DNA of 64,000 bases. It comes from Bacteroidaceae bacterium (lineage in GTDB: Bacteria; Bacteroidota; Bacteroidia; Bacteroidales; Bacteroidaceae). Of this stretch, positions 48,426 through 57,519 are shown in pieces. The notes under the pieces were generated by a model. That model saw only the letters and a list, made by a program, of their open reading frames with translations. It was not told the origin of the DNA and made no database searches. Within the stretch, counting starts at the first letter, position 1. Every line of letters begins with the position of its first letter. Position numbers and translations under genes: made by a program. The DNA lies in contig JAGCDE010000056.1 of the NCBI GenBank assembly GCA_017651315.1, forward strand, positions 49,474 through 113,473. The letters run 5' to 3'.

Positions 48426-51400
48426 CTACGGGCAAACGGGCCGGACTGAATTACCGCGGTTACGGTATACGATGCTCGTGCCGTGATAGCCGGAATCGAA
48501 GTAGAGCTCCACCGCGTAGTACGGACCGCCAGAGTGGAGCGAAGAAGACCAGTGGTAGCCGCCCTCTCCCGCGTCGTACAGGCTCGTACCGCCGCGCCAC
48601 CCGGCAGCAGGGAGGAAAATAAAGCGGTCTGTGTAACCGGACTTCTTGCTGGTTACCTTATAACCGGCCACACCATTAAACTCTGCGTTGCCACTGCTGT
48701 ACCAGGTCCAGGTGCAGTTACTGCGTAATTCTTCCTGTTCATCCATGGTGGACATGCGCCAATCACCGCCCCACTTTACATGGGCTACGTCATCCTCCGG
48801 GTCAAGGGTGGTCTTGTTATCTACTGTACCGTATGAACTGTCGGTGTTATATTTCGTAAGGGTTGAACTTGAACCGTTGCACCACTTGTAGGTGGACCAG
48901 GAGTAAGTGCTCTTGGTTTCTGTTTCACCCCAAGCATAGTAATCGCCATAGTTCTCTGGTTTTTCCGCACCAATATTGCAGGTGGCCCATTTCACACTCA
49001 GGCCAAGGTCAACGTACTCATGTGCAGCTTCCTTCTTTTTGGGGCAAACCGGACGGACAGGCAGACCAACATAACGGTAATTCACATAGTCCTGATAGCA
49101 GTAATATGAGTCAAAACTGAGTACACAGGAGTAATCCGTTATGTCCGGATACATTGTGTTGGACCAGTAGCAGCCGATAGCGTTGACTCCGGTCAGACTG
49201 GTGTCATCGAAATACCCGGCGGCAGGAATGAATATTGAGCGGTCGGTGTAACCGGGAACATTACTTGTGACTGAATATCCTATTACGCCGTTCCGTGTAG
49301 TCCAGGTCCATGTGCACATTTTACGGAGCTCATCCTGCTCTTCCTTCGACGGCATACGCCAGTCGCCGCCCCACATCAGCTGCACCACATCATCATCACT
49401 GTCAAGAACAGTCTTACTGTCGGTAAAACCGTTGTATCCGAAATTACTGTCAGAATTGTATTTGGTTAGTGTTTTATCCGACCCCTTGCAGTATCTGTAT
49501 GATGCCCATGAATATCCGGCCGATTTCCCGGATTTCCATACCAGAGATGCAGACTGGACAGAACCGTCCTCATAATAGGGTTCTGTCTCACCCCAGGCGA
49601 AATAGTCCCCGGATTCCTCAGGTTTGGCGGCACCCACATTGAAGGTGGCCCAATTGACACTCAGTCCCAAATCAACATACTCATAATCATTGGTAACAGG
49701 TTTGACGGAAAAATCCTGAGTGACATTTATCGCCACGGACAAGGAACCGCTTGTAAGATCGCTTAAACTGACATTCACCACACCTGAACGGTTTGAATCG
49801 CCATCATTCTCTGTTGCAGTGATTAAGAATCGTGTGTCAGTCTCCTTAGATACAGTCAGCCAGTCAGCATCAGTCGAGATTTCAGGTACTCCATCGGTGG
49901 AAATTGTTATCGGTTCCGATGTCCCGCCCTTTTGGAAGAACTCAAGCCTCTCTGTCGATACGGTCAGATAACGGGCAGCCTGACTCACGGTGACACGTAC
50001 CGGATTGAAGCCCTCGGGCGTAATCACTATGCTTCCCTCACGGGCTGCAGCCGACGGATTGTCCGCGGTGGTGACAATCAGGTCGCAGTCCCCGCTACCT
50101 TCCGGTTCAGAAAGCGTAATCCAGCTGTCGCTTGCCACAGCACTCCAGTTGTTGTTGCTCTTCAGGCTGACCTGGGAACTGCCTCCCTTGGAGGTGAATT
50201 CAAGGGCCTTGGACGAAACATTCAGGAACTTGCCGTTCTGATATACCGGAACCGTGAGCTGCCGACCTTCCGTCAAGGCAGTCACGGAACCCGTCCTTAC
50301 GGTGTCCGATCTGTTCTCAGTCACGCTTACCTGCACTTTGGCGCTGCCGGTGCCGGATTCAGGACTCAACGTTATCCACGGCGCTGATGACATGACCGTC
50401 CACTCTCCATCAGAAACGACAGAGAAATAAGAGCTTCCCGCCTTGTCCGAAAAATAGAGAGCCGTGGAATCAGTATTGAACACATGACCGCTCTGCCTGA
50501 TCTCAATAGTCTCGGGAGCATCGAGACTTACCGGAGAGACCTGTACCGAGGCACTCCTTTCATCCATGTGGGGATTGGCTGATACCCTGATCCCGACCTG
50601 ACTGTCCCCGTCACCGGATGCCGGCCCGATATTTATCCATGACGGCACTCCTCCGGCAAAACTCCACGGGACATTCGATTTGAGCGAGAGTGTCTCCTCC
50701 CCGCCCGACACAGGCAATTCAATCAGTGTCCTGTCAATGCTGAACCTTATGGAATCCTGGCTGACCGGAATCTCTATCTTGTTCTCGTCGGACAGGACGA
50801 GATAGACATATCCGTGACGGCCGGACTTGGAATTGTTGGCGGTAACCTCAACCGTCACCGTAAAATCCCCAGCCTGTCCCGAGGCCGGCTTGACATCTAT
50901 CCAGGCAGCGTTTGTCTCAGCTGTCCATGGAGCCTCGGAACTCACCGCAACGGGTTCCGACTCACCTTCCACAGCAAGGAACAGGCGTTCCGTGGTGCTG
51001 ATAATCCTCGCTGGCCGCTGTACCACTGTGAGGTATTCCACACCGTCGGCAGTGGAGACTTCCACTGTCCCTTCACGCGATGTTTTCCCTGTATTAGGCG
51101 TCACGGAGAGACTGATGCTGCCGTCGCCCTTAGTTACCGTACACCATGTCATGGAACTGCCGGCCTTCACTGTCCATTCATCGGTATTTGACTCCACTGA
51201 AATATTTCTTGTGCCGGCGGTACCGTCAAACTCAGCCCTGTCCGTCTCAAGTGTCACTATTGACTTAGCTTTAGGTTGTGACACCGTAAGAGTGGTGCTG
51301 TAGTTCCACTCTCCATCTGCGGATTTCAGGGTGAAAACTCCCGTACGCCCGATTGTCGATTCATTCTCTGACACCGTAACCGTCACCGTAGCATCGCCGC

Positions 51401-51662
51401 TACCTGACATGGGCTTGACAGTAATCCAGTCCGGCACACCGGTAATCTCCCAGTTTATGTTATTTGATTTCACGCTGAATGTCGAGCTTTGGGCATCGGA
51501 CGAATTGAACTGGACCGATCCGGACGACACGGAGAGGCTGATGGGCTTGAGACTGATGACCGCGTTGGTATAGTTCCTGGGGCCATCCTCCCTGCACGAC
51601 GAGAATGAAATCATTATGAATGCGGCAACCGCATATATGGCCGATATAAGAGTCCTTTTCAT
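48426..51662 (-). CDS. surface lipoprotein with about 7 BACON-like repeats and two tandem C-terminal ~205-aa lectin-like (FISUMP/DUF1566-like) domains; gene 5 of the operon
   Basis: 1078 aa. The lipobox is MKRTLISAIYAVAAFIMISFSSC. The repeated ~80-aa units follow the pattern ...F.V.SN..W......WI.....G.G......V..N....R.G.V.L, for example FSVKSNNINWEITGVPDWITVKPMSGSGDATVTVTVSENESTIGRTGVFTL. The two C-terminal repeats both contain YVDLGLSV.WAT.N.GA..PE..GDY.AWGETE, WGGDWRM....E..EL...CTW.W, IF.PAAG and VRPVCP. Confidence 0.7.
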   Translation of the reverse strand: MKRTLISAIYAVAAFIMISFSSCREDGPRNYTNAVISLKPISLSVSSGSVQFNSSDAQSSTFSVKSNNINWEITGVPDWITVKPMSGSGDATVTVTVSENESTIGRTGVFTLKSADGEWNYSTTLTVSQPKAKSIVTLETDRAEFDGTAGTRNISVESNTDEWTVKAGSSMTWCTVTKGDGSISLSVTPNTGKTSREGTVEVSTADGVEYLTVVQRPARIISTTERLFLAVEGESEPVAVSSEAPWTAETNAAWIDVKPASGQAGDFTVTVEVTANNSKSGRHGYVYLVLSDENKIEIPVSQDSIRFSIDRTLIELPVSGGEETLSLKSNVPWSFAGGVPSWINIGPASGDGDSQVGIRVSANPHMDERSASVQVSPVSLDAPETIEIRQSGHVFNTDSTALYFSDKAGSSYFSVVSDGEWTVMSSAPWITLSPESGTGSAKVQVSVTENRSDTVRTGSVTALTEGRQLTVPVYQNGKFLNVSSKALEFTSKGGSSQVSLKSNNNWSAVASDSWITLSEPEGSGDCDLIVTTADNPSAAAREGSIVITPEGFNPVRVTVSQAARYLTVSTERLEFFQKGGTSEPITISTDGVPEISTDADWLTVSKETDTRFLITATENDGDSNRSGVVNVSLSDLTSGSLSVAINVTQDFSVKPVTNDYEYVDLGLSVNWATFNVGAAKPEESGDYFAWGETEPYYEDGSVQSASLVWKSGKSAGYSWASYRYCKGSDKTLTKYNSDSNFGYNGFTDSKTVLDSDDDVVQLMWGGDWRMPSKEEQDELRKMCTWTWTTRNGVIGYSVTSNVPGYTDRSIFIPAAGYFDDTSLTGVNAIGCYWSNTMYPDITDYSCVLSFDSYYCYQDYVNYRYVGLPVRPVCPKKKEAAHEYVDLGLSVKWATCNIGAEKPENYGDYYAWGETETKSTYSWSTYKWCNGSSSTLTKYNTDSSYGTVDNKTTLDPEDDVAHVKWGGDWRMSTMDEQEELRSNCTWTWYSSGNAEFNGVAGYKVTSKKSGYTDRFIFLPAAGWRGGTSLYDAGEGGYHWSSSLHSGGPYYAVELYFDSGYHGTSIVYRNRGNSVRPVCP

Positions 51663-51668
51663 AATCTG

Positions 51669-53447
51669 TCAGAAGAATAGTTCCACACCTATGCTGAATG
51701 AAAAACCGCCGCACCAGTCCTTGACGAGACTCGACGTTTCGTCAATCCGGGTAGCAAGCTCACCCTTGCTCAAAGGGAAATCATACGCGGGAATGCACAC
51801 AATACCCACATGCGGGACAGGCGAATATCCGGCACGCACGCCAAACCTTCCGCTTACAACGAACGTCTTGTGGTCCATCCCCGTCTCCGTGCCGCAGTAT
51901 TTGCCGTCTATCCCGTTGAAGAGAAGCCCGAACCTCGGGGTGACCCGGAAACGGTTGCCAAGAAGTATCCCGTATCCGGCATGGACAGCAATTGCGTTTG
52001 CAAGACGGTATTCGTACTCCAGGCCATCCTGCCCGTTCCAGGATGACGGTTCAGCAATCCACCACACTCTCGTAGCCTTTGCGGAAGAAAGCAGGTATCC
52101 GCCTTCAATGTTGAAATTACCTATATAAGCTCCCGCAAAGGCATCCAGTCCCGACAAATGTCCAACCTCGTACCCGATACCGGCATAGAAATTGTTCTTT
52201 GAGAAAATCCTGCGCTCCAGGCTGAATGACAGTTCAGGATTGTCGGCATCAAGGTGAACCAGATTCCTGTAAGGGATATATCCCGGCTTTGTCAGGCTGA
52301 CCTCATAGTCACCCGATGAAACCTCGCCTGTGTAAGGAGTGAAGCCTAAGGGTTTGCCGTCAATGCCTAACGACGCTCCCTGAGGCTCGGATTTTACGGT
52401 TATGGTAAAGACATTGCTCATTTCGGCGTTGAAAGTGGCTATCTCACCCTCCTTCACCTCCACTTCCATCGTCAAGGGACGGTAATCCTGCTTCCGGAAC
52501 TCAACATTGCGTCTGCCAATGAGAATCTCTCCCTTGAGAAGCGGAGTGGTGCCCACCTCCACGCCATCCACAAAGACCGTAGCCCCGATGGGCTGGCTCG
52601 TCACCGAAATAGTCCCGTATATCGGTTGGGGCAACGGCAGGGTGACTCTCTTTTCATCCTGCGGCTGAAGGGTGAAGGATGTGGTGCGGGTGGTATGGCT
52701 TTCACGCCTCACCTCCACCTGGTACATGGCGGCGTCAAGCTCGCCTGTCCATGAGCCTTTACCCACTAAAGTGCCGTTGAGATAGATTTCGGCCTCCTGC
52801 ATGGCGCAGTCCAGTGTAACCTTTCCGCGCGATGATTTCAGGTTGACCTCGCGCATGATGCGTTCCCGGCCCACATCCACGATTCCGTTCTCGGACAAAT
52901 AGCCGGGAGCATCGACACGGTAGGAGTGCGTGCCGTAAGAGAGGAGCTGCGATACCGTACCGTCCGCCTGAAGCCCGTAGGGAGTGTTGTCAATGGTCAC
53001 AATGGCATTCTGAGGAGTGACACTGAAGGTGACATACTGTGCGGCCACCTCATCCTCGACAATGGTTCTGACACGGCCGGATATGAGCCTCATCTCGTAT
53101 GTACGCGCACGCTCAATCGGGATAGGGAAATAATACTCAACCTGTCCGAGCTGCTGGTGCATTATCTTTATCCTCTGGAGGCCGCGCGGCACATAGACCC
53201 ACACCTCCGAGACCTTCTGGACTGTCTTGACTATACCGAGCATTCCACCATCGAACGCGAAACCGGTCTCGGTGGTGATTATCTTGATGAGGGCTGCTAT
53301 CTCACCGTTCTGGTCACGCTCTATCGTGCCGTAAGTGTTGGCGGTCAGGTCATTCTCCAACAGGCGGAAGCTCTCTACCGACAGGCTCTGGGCATTAGCA
53401 CAGAGAGTAAGCAAAAACAACAGAATGGTGATAATATGCCGTTTCAT
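51669..53447 (-). CDS. PEGA-repeat protein fused to a C-terminal outer-membrane beta-barrel; gene 4 of the operon
   Basis: 592 aa with signal peptide MKRHIITILLFLLTLCANAQ. After a ~105-aa N-terminal domain come 4-5 PEGA-like units, for example ISVTSQPIGATVFVDGVEVGTTPLL...GRRNVEFRKQDY and ITVKSEPQGASLGIDGKPLGFTPYTGEVSSGDYEVSLTKPGY. The last ~170 aa are Gly/aromatic-rich amphipathic strands ending IGVELFF. Confidence 0.7.
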   Translation of the reverse strand: MKRHIITILLFLLTLCANAQSLSVESFRLLENDLTANTYGTIERDQNGEIAALIKIITTETGFAFDGGMLGIVKTVQKVSEVWVYVPRGLQRIKIMHQQLGQVEYYFPIPIERARTYEMRLISGRVRTIVEDEVAAQYVTFSVTPQNAIVTIDNTPYGLQADGTVSQLLSYGTHSYRVDAPGYLSENGIVDVGRERIMREVNLKSSRGKVTLDCAMQEAEIYLNGTLVGKGSWTGELDAAMYQVEVRRESHTTRTTSFTLQPQDEKRVTLPLPQPIYGTISVTSQPIGATVFVDGVEVGTTPLLKGEILIGRRNVEFRKQDYRPLTMEVEVKEGEIATFNAEMSNVFTITVKSEPQGASLGIDGKPLGFTPYTGEVSSGDYEVSLTKPGYIPYRNLVHLDADNPELSFSLERRIFSKNNFYAGIGYEVGHLSGLDAFAGAYIGNFNIEGGYLLSSAKATRVWWIAEPSSWNGQDGLEYEYRLANAIAVHAGYGILLGNRFRVTPRFGLLFNGIDGKYCGTETGMDHKTFVVSGRFGVRAGYSPVPHVGIVCIPAYDFPLSKGELATRIDETSSLVKDWCGGFSFSIGVELFF

Positions 53448-53466
53448 CAGTCTTTAAATGAAGTGG

Positions 53467-55320
53467 TTAATCAAAATCAGGCAATCCCGTGAAGTTCGGG
53501 TCACGCTCGGGCTGCCACACCCGCACCTTTATGACAGGCGCCTTGGGTTCGTTCAGGTCAACCATCAGGAACAGGTAACCGGTGTCGCCATAGTTGCTTG
53601 AATAATAGTCCTGCCTGATCTGTATGGCGTATGTCTCGTCGCCCTTGCCTGCCTTCACTATGTCATTTTCCGCAAAACGGATGTTTATGAACTCATTGCT
53701 CTCGAAACAACGCTCCAGATTACGCAGATACTGCTCCTTTGACTGGCGGTTCAGCACAACATATCGGTTGTTCATATACTGACGGCCGGCATCATCGGTC
53801 TCAGGCCGTGTCAGGACCTTGCCTGTTATGATTACGGCATTGTCGTCAAACACCTGACGCAGGTAGTCAAGACGCTTCAGCGAGTATGCGGTCTTGTAAT
53901 TCTCAAGGAACTCGGTCAGAATCTTGCGGGCGTATTCACCCCATGCCGCATGGTGCAGGATGTCATCGGCCGCACGCTCGTCAAGTCCGAATGCCAGACA
54001 GTCTATCATCTTGTCCGCATTGAAAGTGAAGGTGATGTTCTCCACAAACTGACGCACGTTGCCCTTGAATGAGAAGTTTATGGGAATGCTGCGGCATACC
54101 ACCTCGTCACCTATGGCTATATAGCTCGGCTCGGGATTACCCACAATCCGGCCCTTGCCGTATGACACGAGCCGGTTGAACATATCCCAGCCGTCGGCCG
54201 TGAACAGACCGGCCACGGAACCGTAGTCCGAAGTCCTTATGGCCGAAATGACGGCATCTATCTTTTTCCTGTAAGGTTCCGACTCTTTCACGTCAAGACA
54301 AGCAAGAGGGCTTCTTTCAGGTTCGAGGTCAACAAGCACTGCACCTTCCTGTTCCGTTACGGATTCTGTTGCCGAAGCGGTCAAGGGCACTGACAAAACA
54401 ACATCCGACGCTGTTTCCGGCAGTTCCCCCTCCACTCTACGCGTAGCGTTGCGGAACACCCCGCCGCGCATGACCTCAACCACCTGGGCTATCTCCTTGT
54501 CGATATGAGCCTCGCCGTAATACTCGTACTCGCACTTGACCTGTATGTTGTCGGTCGATGCACCCGGCCGCATCTCCAGTACGCCACGGCCATCCCGGGC
54601 ACTGTAAAGGTTACTCCAGTTCATCCCGTCAAAGTACGAATAGTCCAAGCTTGATACAGGACTCCCGTGATAGAGAACGCTTAGCTCAATGTAATTGCCC
54701 TTCTGGTTGCTCCTTACGAATTGCACCCCATCCAGTATTCCGTTAATCTGGTCCGGTATCCAATGGACAAGCACATTGCCCGCCTCATTGGTCACCGCGT
54801 TGGAGTTGGGAAGGCTCTGGAGCAGACAATAGCCCCAGTAATAGTAACGCAAAGCATCGTCAATCTTACCTTTCTCCTCAGCCCTGCCGGCACTTGCCAG
54901 CATGTCAAGGACCTTGGCCTTCCTCGATTCGAAAATCCTGAATACATCAGCACGCTTCACGAACCGGAACACCTCGGCATCCGGTTCCTGCCTGACAATG
55001 ATGCGCTCGGTATTCTGGAGCGTAGCCTGCGAATATGTAGATATAACTGACCTGACAGCTGAATTTGCATCAATGCCCTCGGATGATACCACCTCCTCCT
55101 CCACACTGCTGAAATCACTCTGAACCGACACCGAAATCTTGCTTATCAGACTCTTCAAGGCATCATTGTCGGCCTCGCGCAGAGTGCGCCCGAATCCCTC
55201 GCCGTATATATAGTCACTGCTCTCCCTGATCTCATCGATGCTTTGGGACCAGGCTACCGCCGGCAGGAACAGCAACAATCCGGTTATAAATCTTTTCAGG
55301 TACATGACTCTATTCTGCAA
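53467..55320 (-). CDS. secreted hypothetical protein with an N-terminal LPP20/FlgP-like module; gene 3 of the operon
   Basis: 617 aa with signal peptide ...LLLFLPAVAWSQ. The N-terminal YGEGFGRTLREADNDALKSLISKISVSVQSDFSSVEEEV fits the LPP20-type pattern. The rest has no motif I can name, and the C-terminal ~130 aa look like an alpha+beta cone (NTF2-like?) by eye only. Starting at Met-6 (55305) would remove the 11-nt overlap with the upstream gene. Confidence 0.55.
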   Translation of the reverse strand: MQNRVMYLKRFITGLLLFLPAVAWSQSIDEIRESSDYIYGEGFGRTLREADNDALKSLISKISVSVQSDFSSVEEEVVSSEGIDANSAVRSVISTYSQATLQNTERIIVRQEPDAEVFRFVKRADVFRIFESRKAKVLDMLASAGRAEEKGKIDDALRYYYWGYCLLQSLPNSNAVTNEAGNVLVHWIPDQINGILDGVQFVRSNQKGNYIELSVLYHGSPVSSLDYSYFDGMNWSNLYSARDGRGVLEMRPGASTDNIQVKCEYEYYGEAHIDKEIAQVVEVMRGGVFRNATRRVEGELPETASDVVLSVPLTASATESVTEQEGAVLVDLEPERSPLACLDVKESEPYRKKIDAVISAIRTSDYGSVAGLFTADGWDMFNRLVSYGKGRIVGNPEPSYIAIGDEVVCRSIPINFSFKGNVRQFVENITFTFNADKMIDCLAFGLDERAADDILHHAAWGEYARKILTEFLENYKTAYSLKRLDYLRQVFDDNAVIITGKVLTRPETDDAGRQYMNNRYVVLNRQSKEQYLRNLERCFESNEFINIRFAENDIVKAGKGDETYAIQIRQDYYSSNYGDTGYLFLMVDLNEPKAPVIKVRVWQPERDPNFTGLPDFD

Positions 55321-56824
55321 AATCTATCTTGTGGACAGTGGGAAGCGTCGTTCCGAACTGGCTCATACACTGTCCTACCGTTGATCTGAGATATGTAGGG
55401 TCAGCAATAGTGAAGATACGGCCCTCAACATCGTATCTGACTCCGTTCACCTCATAATCCAAAGCCACTGCAGTGGCCATGTGACCGGGATATTCAGTAC
55501 CTATGACATCATATCCCATGAGCTCATGGACAAGATAGGAGAAAAGCACTGCACGGTCCTCACAGTCGCAGTACGGATAATAGAACAGCTCATCGGCATA
55601 AAAATACTTCTCGGTCCCGAACTGCTCCTGGTCGGTCTCGTAGGCAAAAGCCAGCTGCACGAACTGCAGGAGGAAATTCAGGGCAGTCGGTTTGTCCATC
55701 TCCTCCACAATCGGTCTCAGGTTGGCCTCAATGGATTTCCTGAGCTGTGGCGAAGGAGAGGCTTCGAAGAAAATCTCATACTGTGCAAGAGGCAAGGAGT
55801 TGTAATAATCAATCAGTCCTGAATCAAAATTGAACTCAAAACTGTACTCCTTATCCTGGAAAGTGAAAGAAAGTGAGCGTATTGAATCCTCGCCGAACCT
55901 TAACGGCCTTCTTTGGCCGAATTCAAGCTGACGCCCGTCAGCGTAATTGCCACGATATGTATAAATACCGGTATTCGATTCATTCGCCACGATATAATAC
56001 TTCCGTTCGTCTATGTTCAGATAGTTCAACCCGTAAAGAGTGGTACCGGTAGGCAGGAGCAATACTACTCCGTCATTATTGTAGCCGGTCCTTACGTCCA
56101 AACCGGAACGAGTCATCATGAACCATGTAAGCAATAACGCACAGTTCCTGTCAGAATACATCTCACCGGAGAACCTGCTCACAAGGATATAATAGCCCCA
56201 GTCGTTCAATCCCATCTCCTCCTTCTTTTCCAGAAGAGCCTTCACTGTTGAAGTGTAATTGTATTCGGAAACTGTTTTCCAGAACTCGGCAATCTCCTTC
56301 TGTCCGTATTTGTTCTTTCTGAATGTTTTGATTCTCTGGTCTATGGGAATGGAACATCTGCGGCCAAAGAAATCGAAACGGACGCTGTTTATATCATCAA
56401 TCAGTTCAACTTCGACAGGCTTGCAAGGCAGGGAATCAATGTTCACCGGCAATTCCCCGACTTCCGATACTGACTTTATAGCCGTAACCTCATCAATCGC
56501 GACAGGTTCAGGCATGGGTTGGACAGGAATATCCACATCCACCTTGGGAACCACCACCGGTTTAGGCCGTTCAGGAATCTCATTTTTTAGGAAATCTGTG
56601 TAAAGAGTCCATTCGGAGCCACTCAGGAAGTCGGTCCATTCCAGGTCACGGTTGGCTATCACCCTGCCCCAGGCCTCCTTCCGGGCATCTAAGAACTCAT
56701 CCCAAATATTCTTCCTTTCCTGAAGTCTTGCCTCGGACCGGCGTTTGAGGGCATCGAAGTCAAGCTGGGCATGACTTACTATCGGTAATAAACAGAATAT
56801 GAGCAATCCTATTATCCGCTTCAT
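55310..56824 (-). CDS. secreted protein with a C-terminal transglutaminase-like (papain-fold Cys-His-Asp) core; gene 2 of the operon
   Basis: 504 aa with signal peptide MKRIIGLLIFCLLPIVSHAQ. The C-terminal YPYCDCEDRAVLFSYLVHELMGYDVIGTEYPGHMATAVAL...RIFTIADPTY reproduces the Cys...His...Asp spacing and context of transglutaminase-core domains. Confidence 0.6.
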   Translation of the reverse strand: MKRIIGLLIFCLLPIVSHAQLDFDALKRRSEARLQERKNIWDEFLDARKEAWGRVIANRDLEWTDFLSGSEWTLYTDFLKNEIPERPKPVVVPKVDVDIPVQPMPEPVAIDEVTAIKSVSEVGELPVNIDSLPCKPVEVELIDDINSVRFDFFGRRCSIPIDQRIKTFRKNKYGQKEIAEFWKTVSEYNYTSTVKALLEKKEEMGLNDWGYYILVSRFSGEMYSDRNCALLLTWFMMTRSGLDVRTGYNNDGVVLLLPTGTTLYGLNYLNIDERKYYIVANESNTGIYTYRGNYADGRQLEFGQRRPLRFGEDSIRSLSFTFQDKEYSFEFNFDSGLIDYYNSLPLAQYEIFFEASPSPQLRKSIEANLRPIVEEMDKPTALNFLLQFVQLAFAYETDQEQFGTEKYFYADELFYYPYCDCEDRAVLFSYLVHELMGYDVIGTEYPGHMATAVALDYEVNGVRYDVEGRIFTIADPTYLRSTVGQCMSQFGTTLPTVHKIDFAE

Positions 56825-56845
56825 AAACTTTCCGGATCTTGACGG

Positions 56846-57481
56846 TCACTTTACGCCAGCCTTGACAAATTCACTGATTCTCGACCCTAACTTCTGTGCA
56901 GCCTCACTCTCCTTCAAGGCCTGCTCGTATGCACGCACACGCGCTTTGGAGGCGGCATTCTCATCGACAATGAAATAGGTCTGCATTTCATAGACCGGGT
57001 CTCCCCCGTCCTTGTCAATCTGACGTATCAGGCTGAATTTCTCCTGCAGCTCACCCTGTATCTCCTTTTCCACAAGACGCTCGTAAGCGGCATAGAAATG
57101 GTCGAACTCATTGTTCAGGTTAAGCACATCCGATGCCATATCGCTTTCAATACGCCCTTTGACAAAACTGCCACACTGCTGGGCGTATGTCCGGCAAGCG
57201 TCATTTATCGCAGACTGATGACCTACCGTCTTGGATTTGAAACGGGAGGCGCTGCCCATTATTTCACGAACATTCCCATCAGCCTCGAGAGCCTCATAGA
57301 ACTTGGCGAGAGTGACATCAAGGGTTCGTGATGAACCGTACAGTTCCCATTTCCCTTTTTTGAGTTGCTTCATCTTGGCCTTGTACTCTTTCTTTAAGGC
57401 CTTGGAAAGATTCTGTGCCGAAACATTCATTACAGGAACCGCCAGAACAGCTGCGATGAGCAGAATCAGTATTCTCTTCAT
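56846..57481 (-). CDS. small secreted helical protein (possibly LPP20-like); gene 1 of the operon
   Basis: 211 aa with signal peptide MKRILILLIAAVLAVPVMNVSAQ. It is Lys/Glu-rich and helical. GSASRFKSKTVGHQSAINDACRTYAQQCGSFVKGRIESDM loosely resembles LPP20-type modules, but the assignment is weak. Confidence 0.45.
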   Translation of the reverse strand: MKRILILLIAAVLAVPVMNVSAQNLSKALKKEYKAKMKQLKKGKWELYGSSRTLDVTLAKFYEALEADGNVREIMGSASRFKSKTVGHQSAINDACRTYAQQCGSFVKGRIESDMASDVLNLNNEFDHFYAAYERLVEKEIQGELQEKFSLIRQIDKDGGDPVYEMQTYFIVDENAASKARVRAYEQALKESEAAQKLGSRISEFVKAGVK

Positions 57482-57519
57482 AAAACTCCTTATTATTAAA
57501 ATTGGTTAATTTTAAACTG

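Noticed and set aside
48426-57481. I considered interpreting the BACON-containing cluster as a polysaccharide utilisation locus.
   Set aside because: There is no SusC-like TonB-dependent transporter, no SusD-like protein, no glycoside hydrolase or lyase, and no hybrid two-component or ECF/anti-sigma regulator in or next to the cluster.
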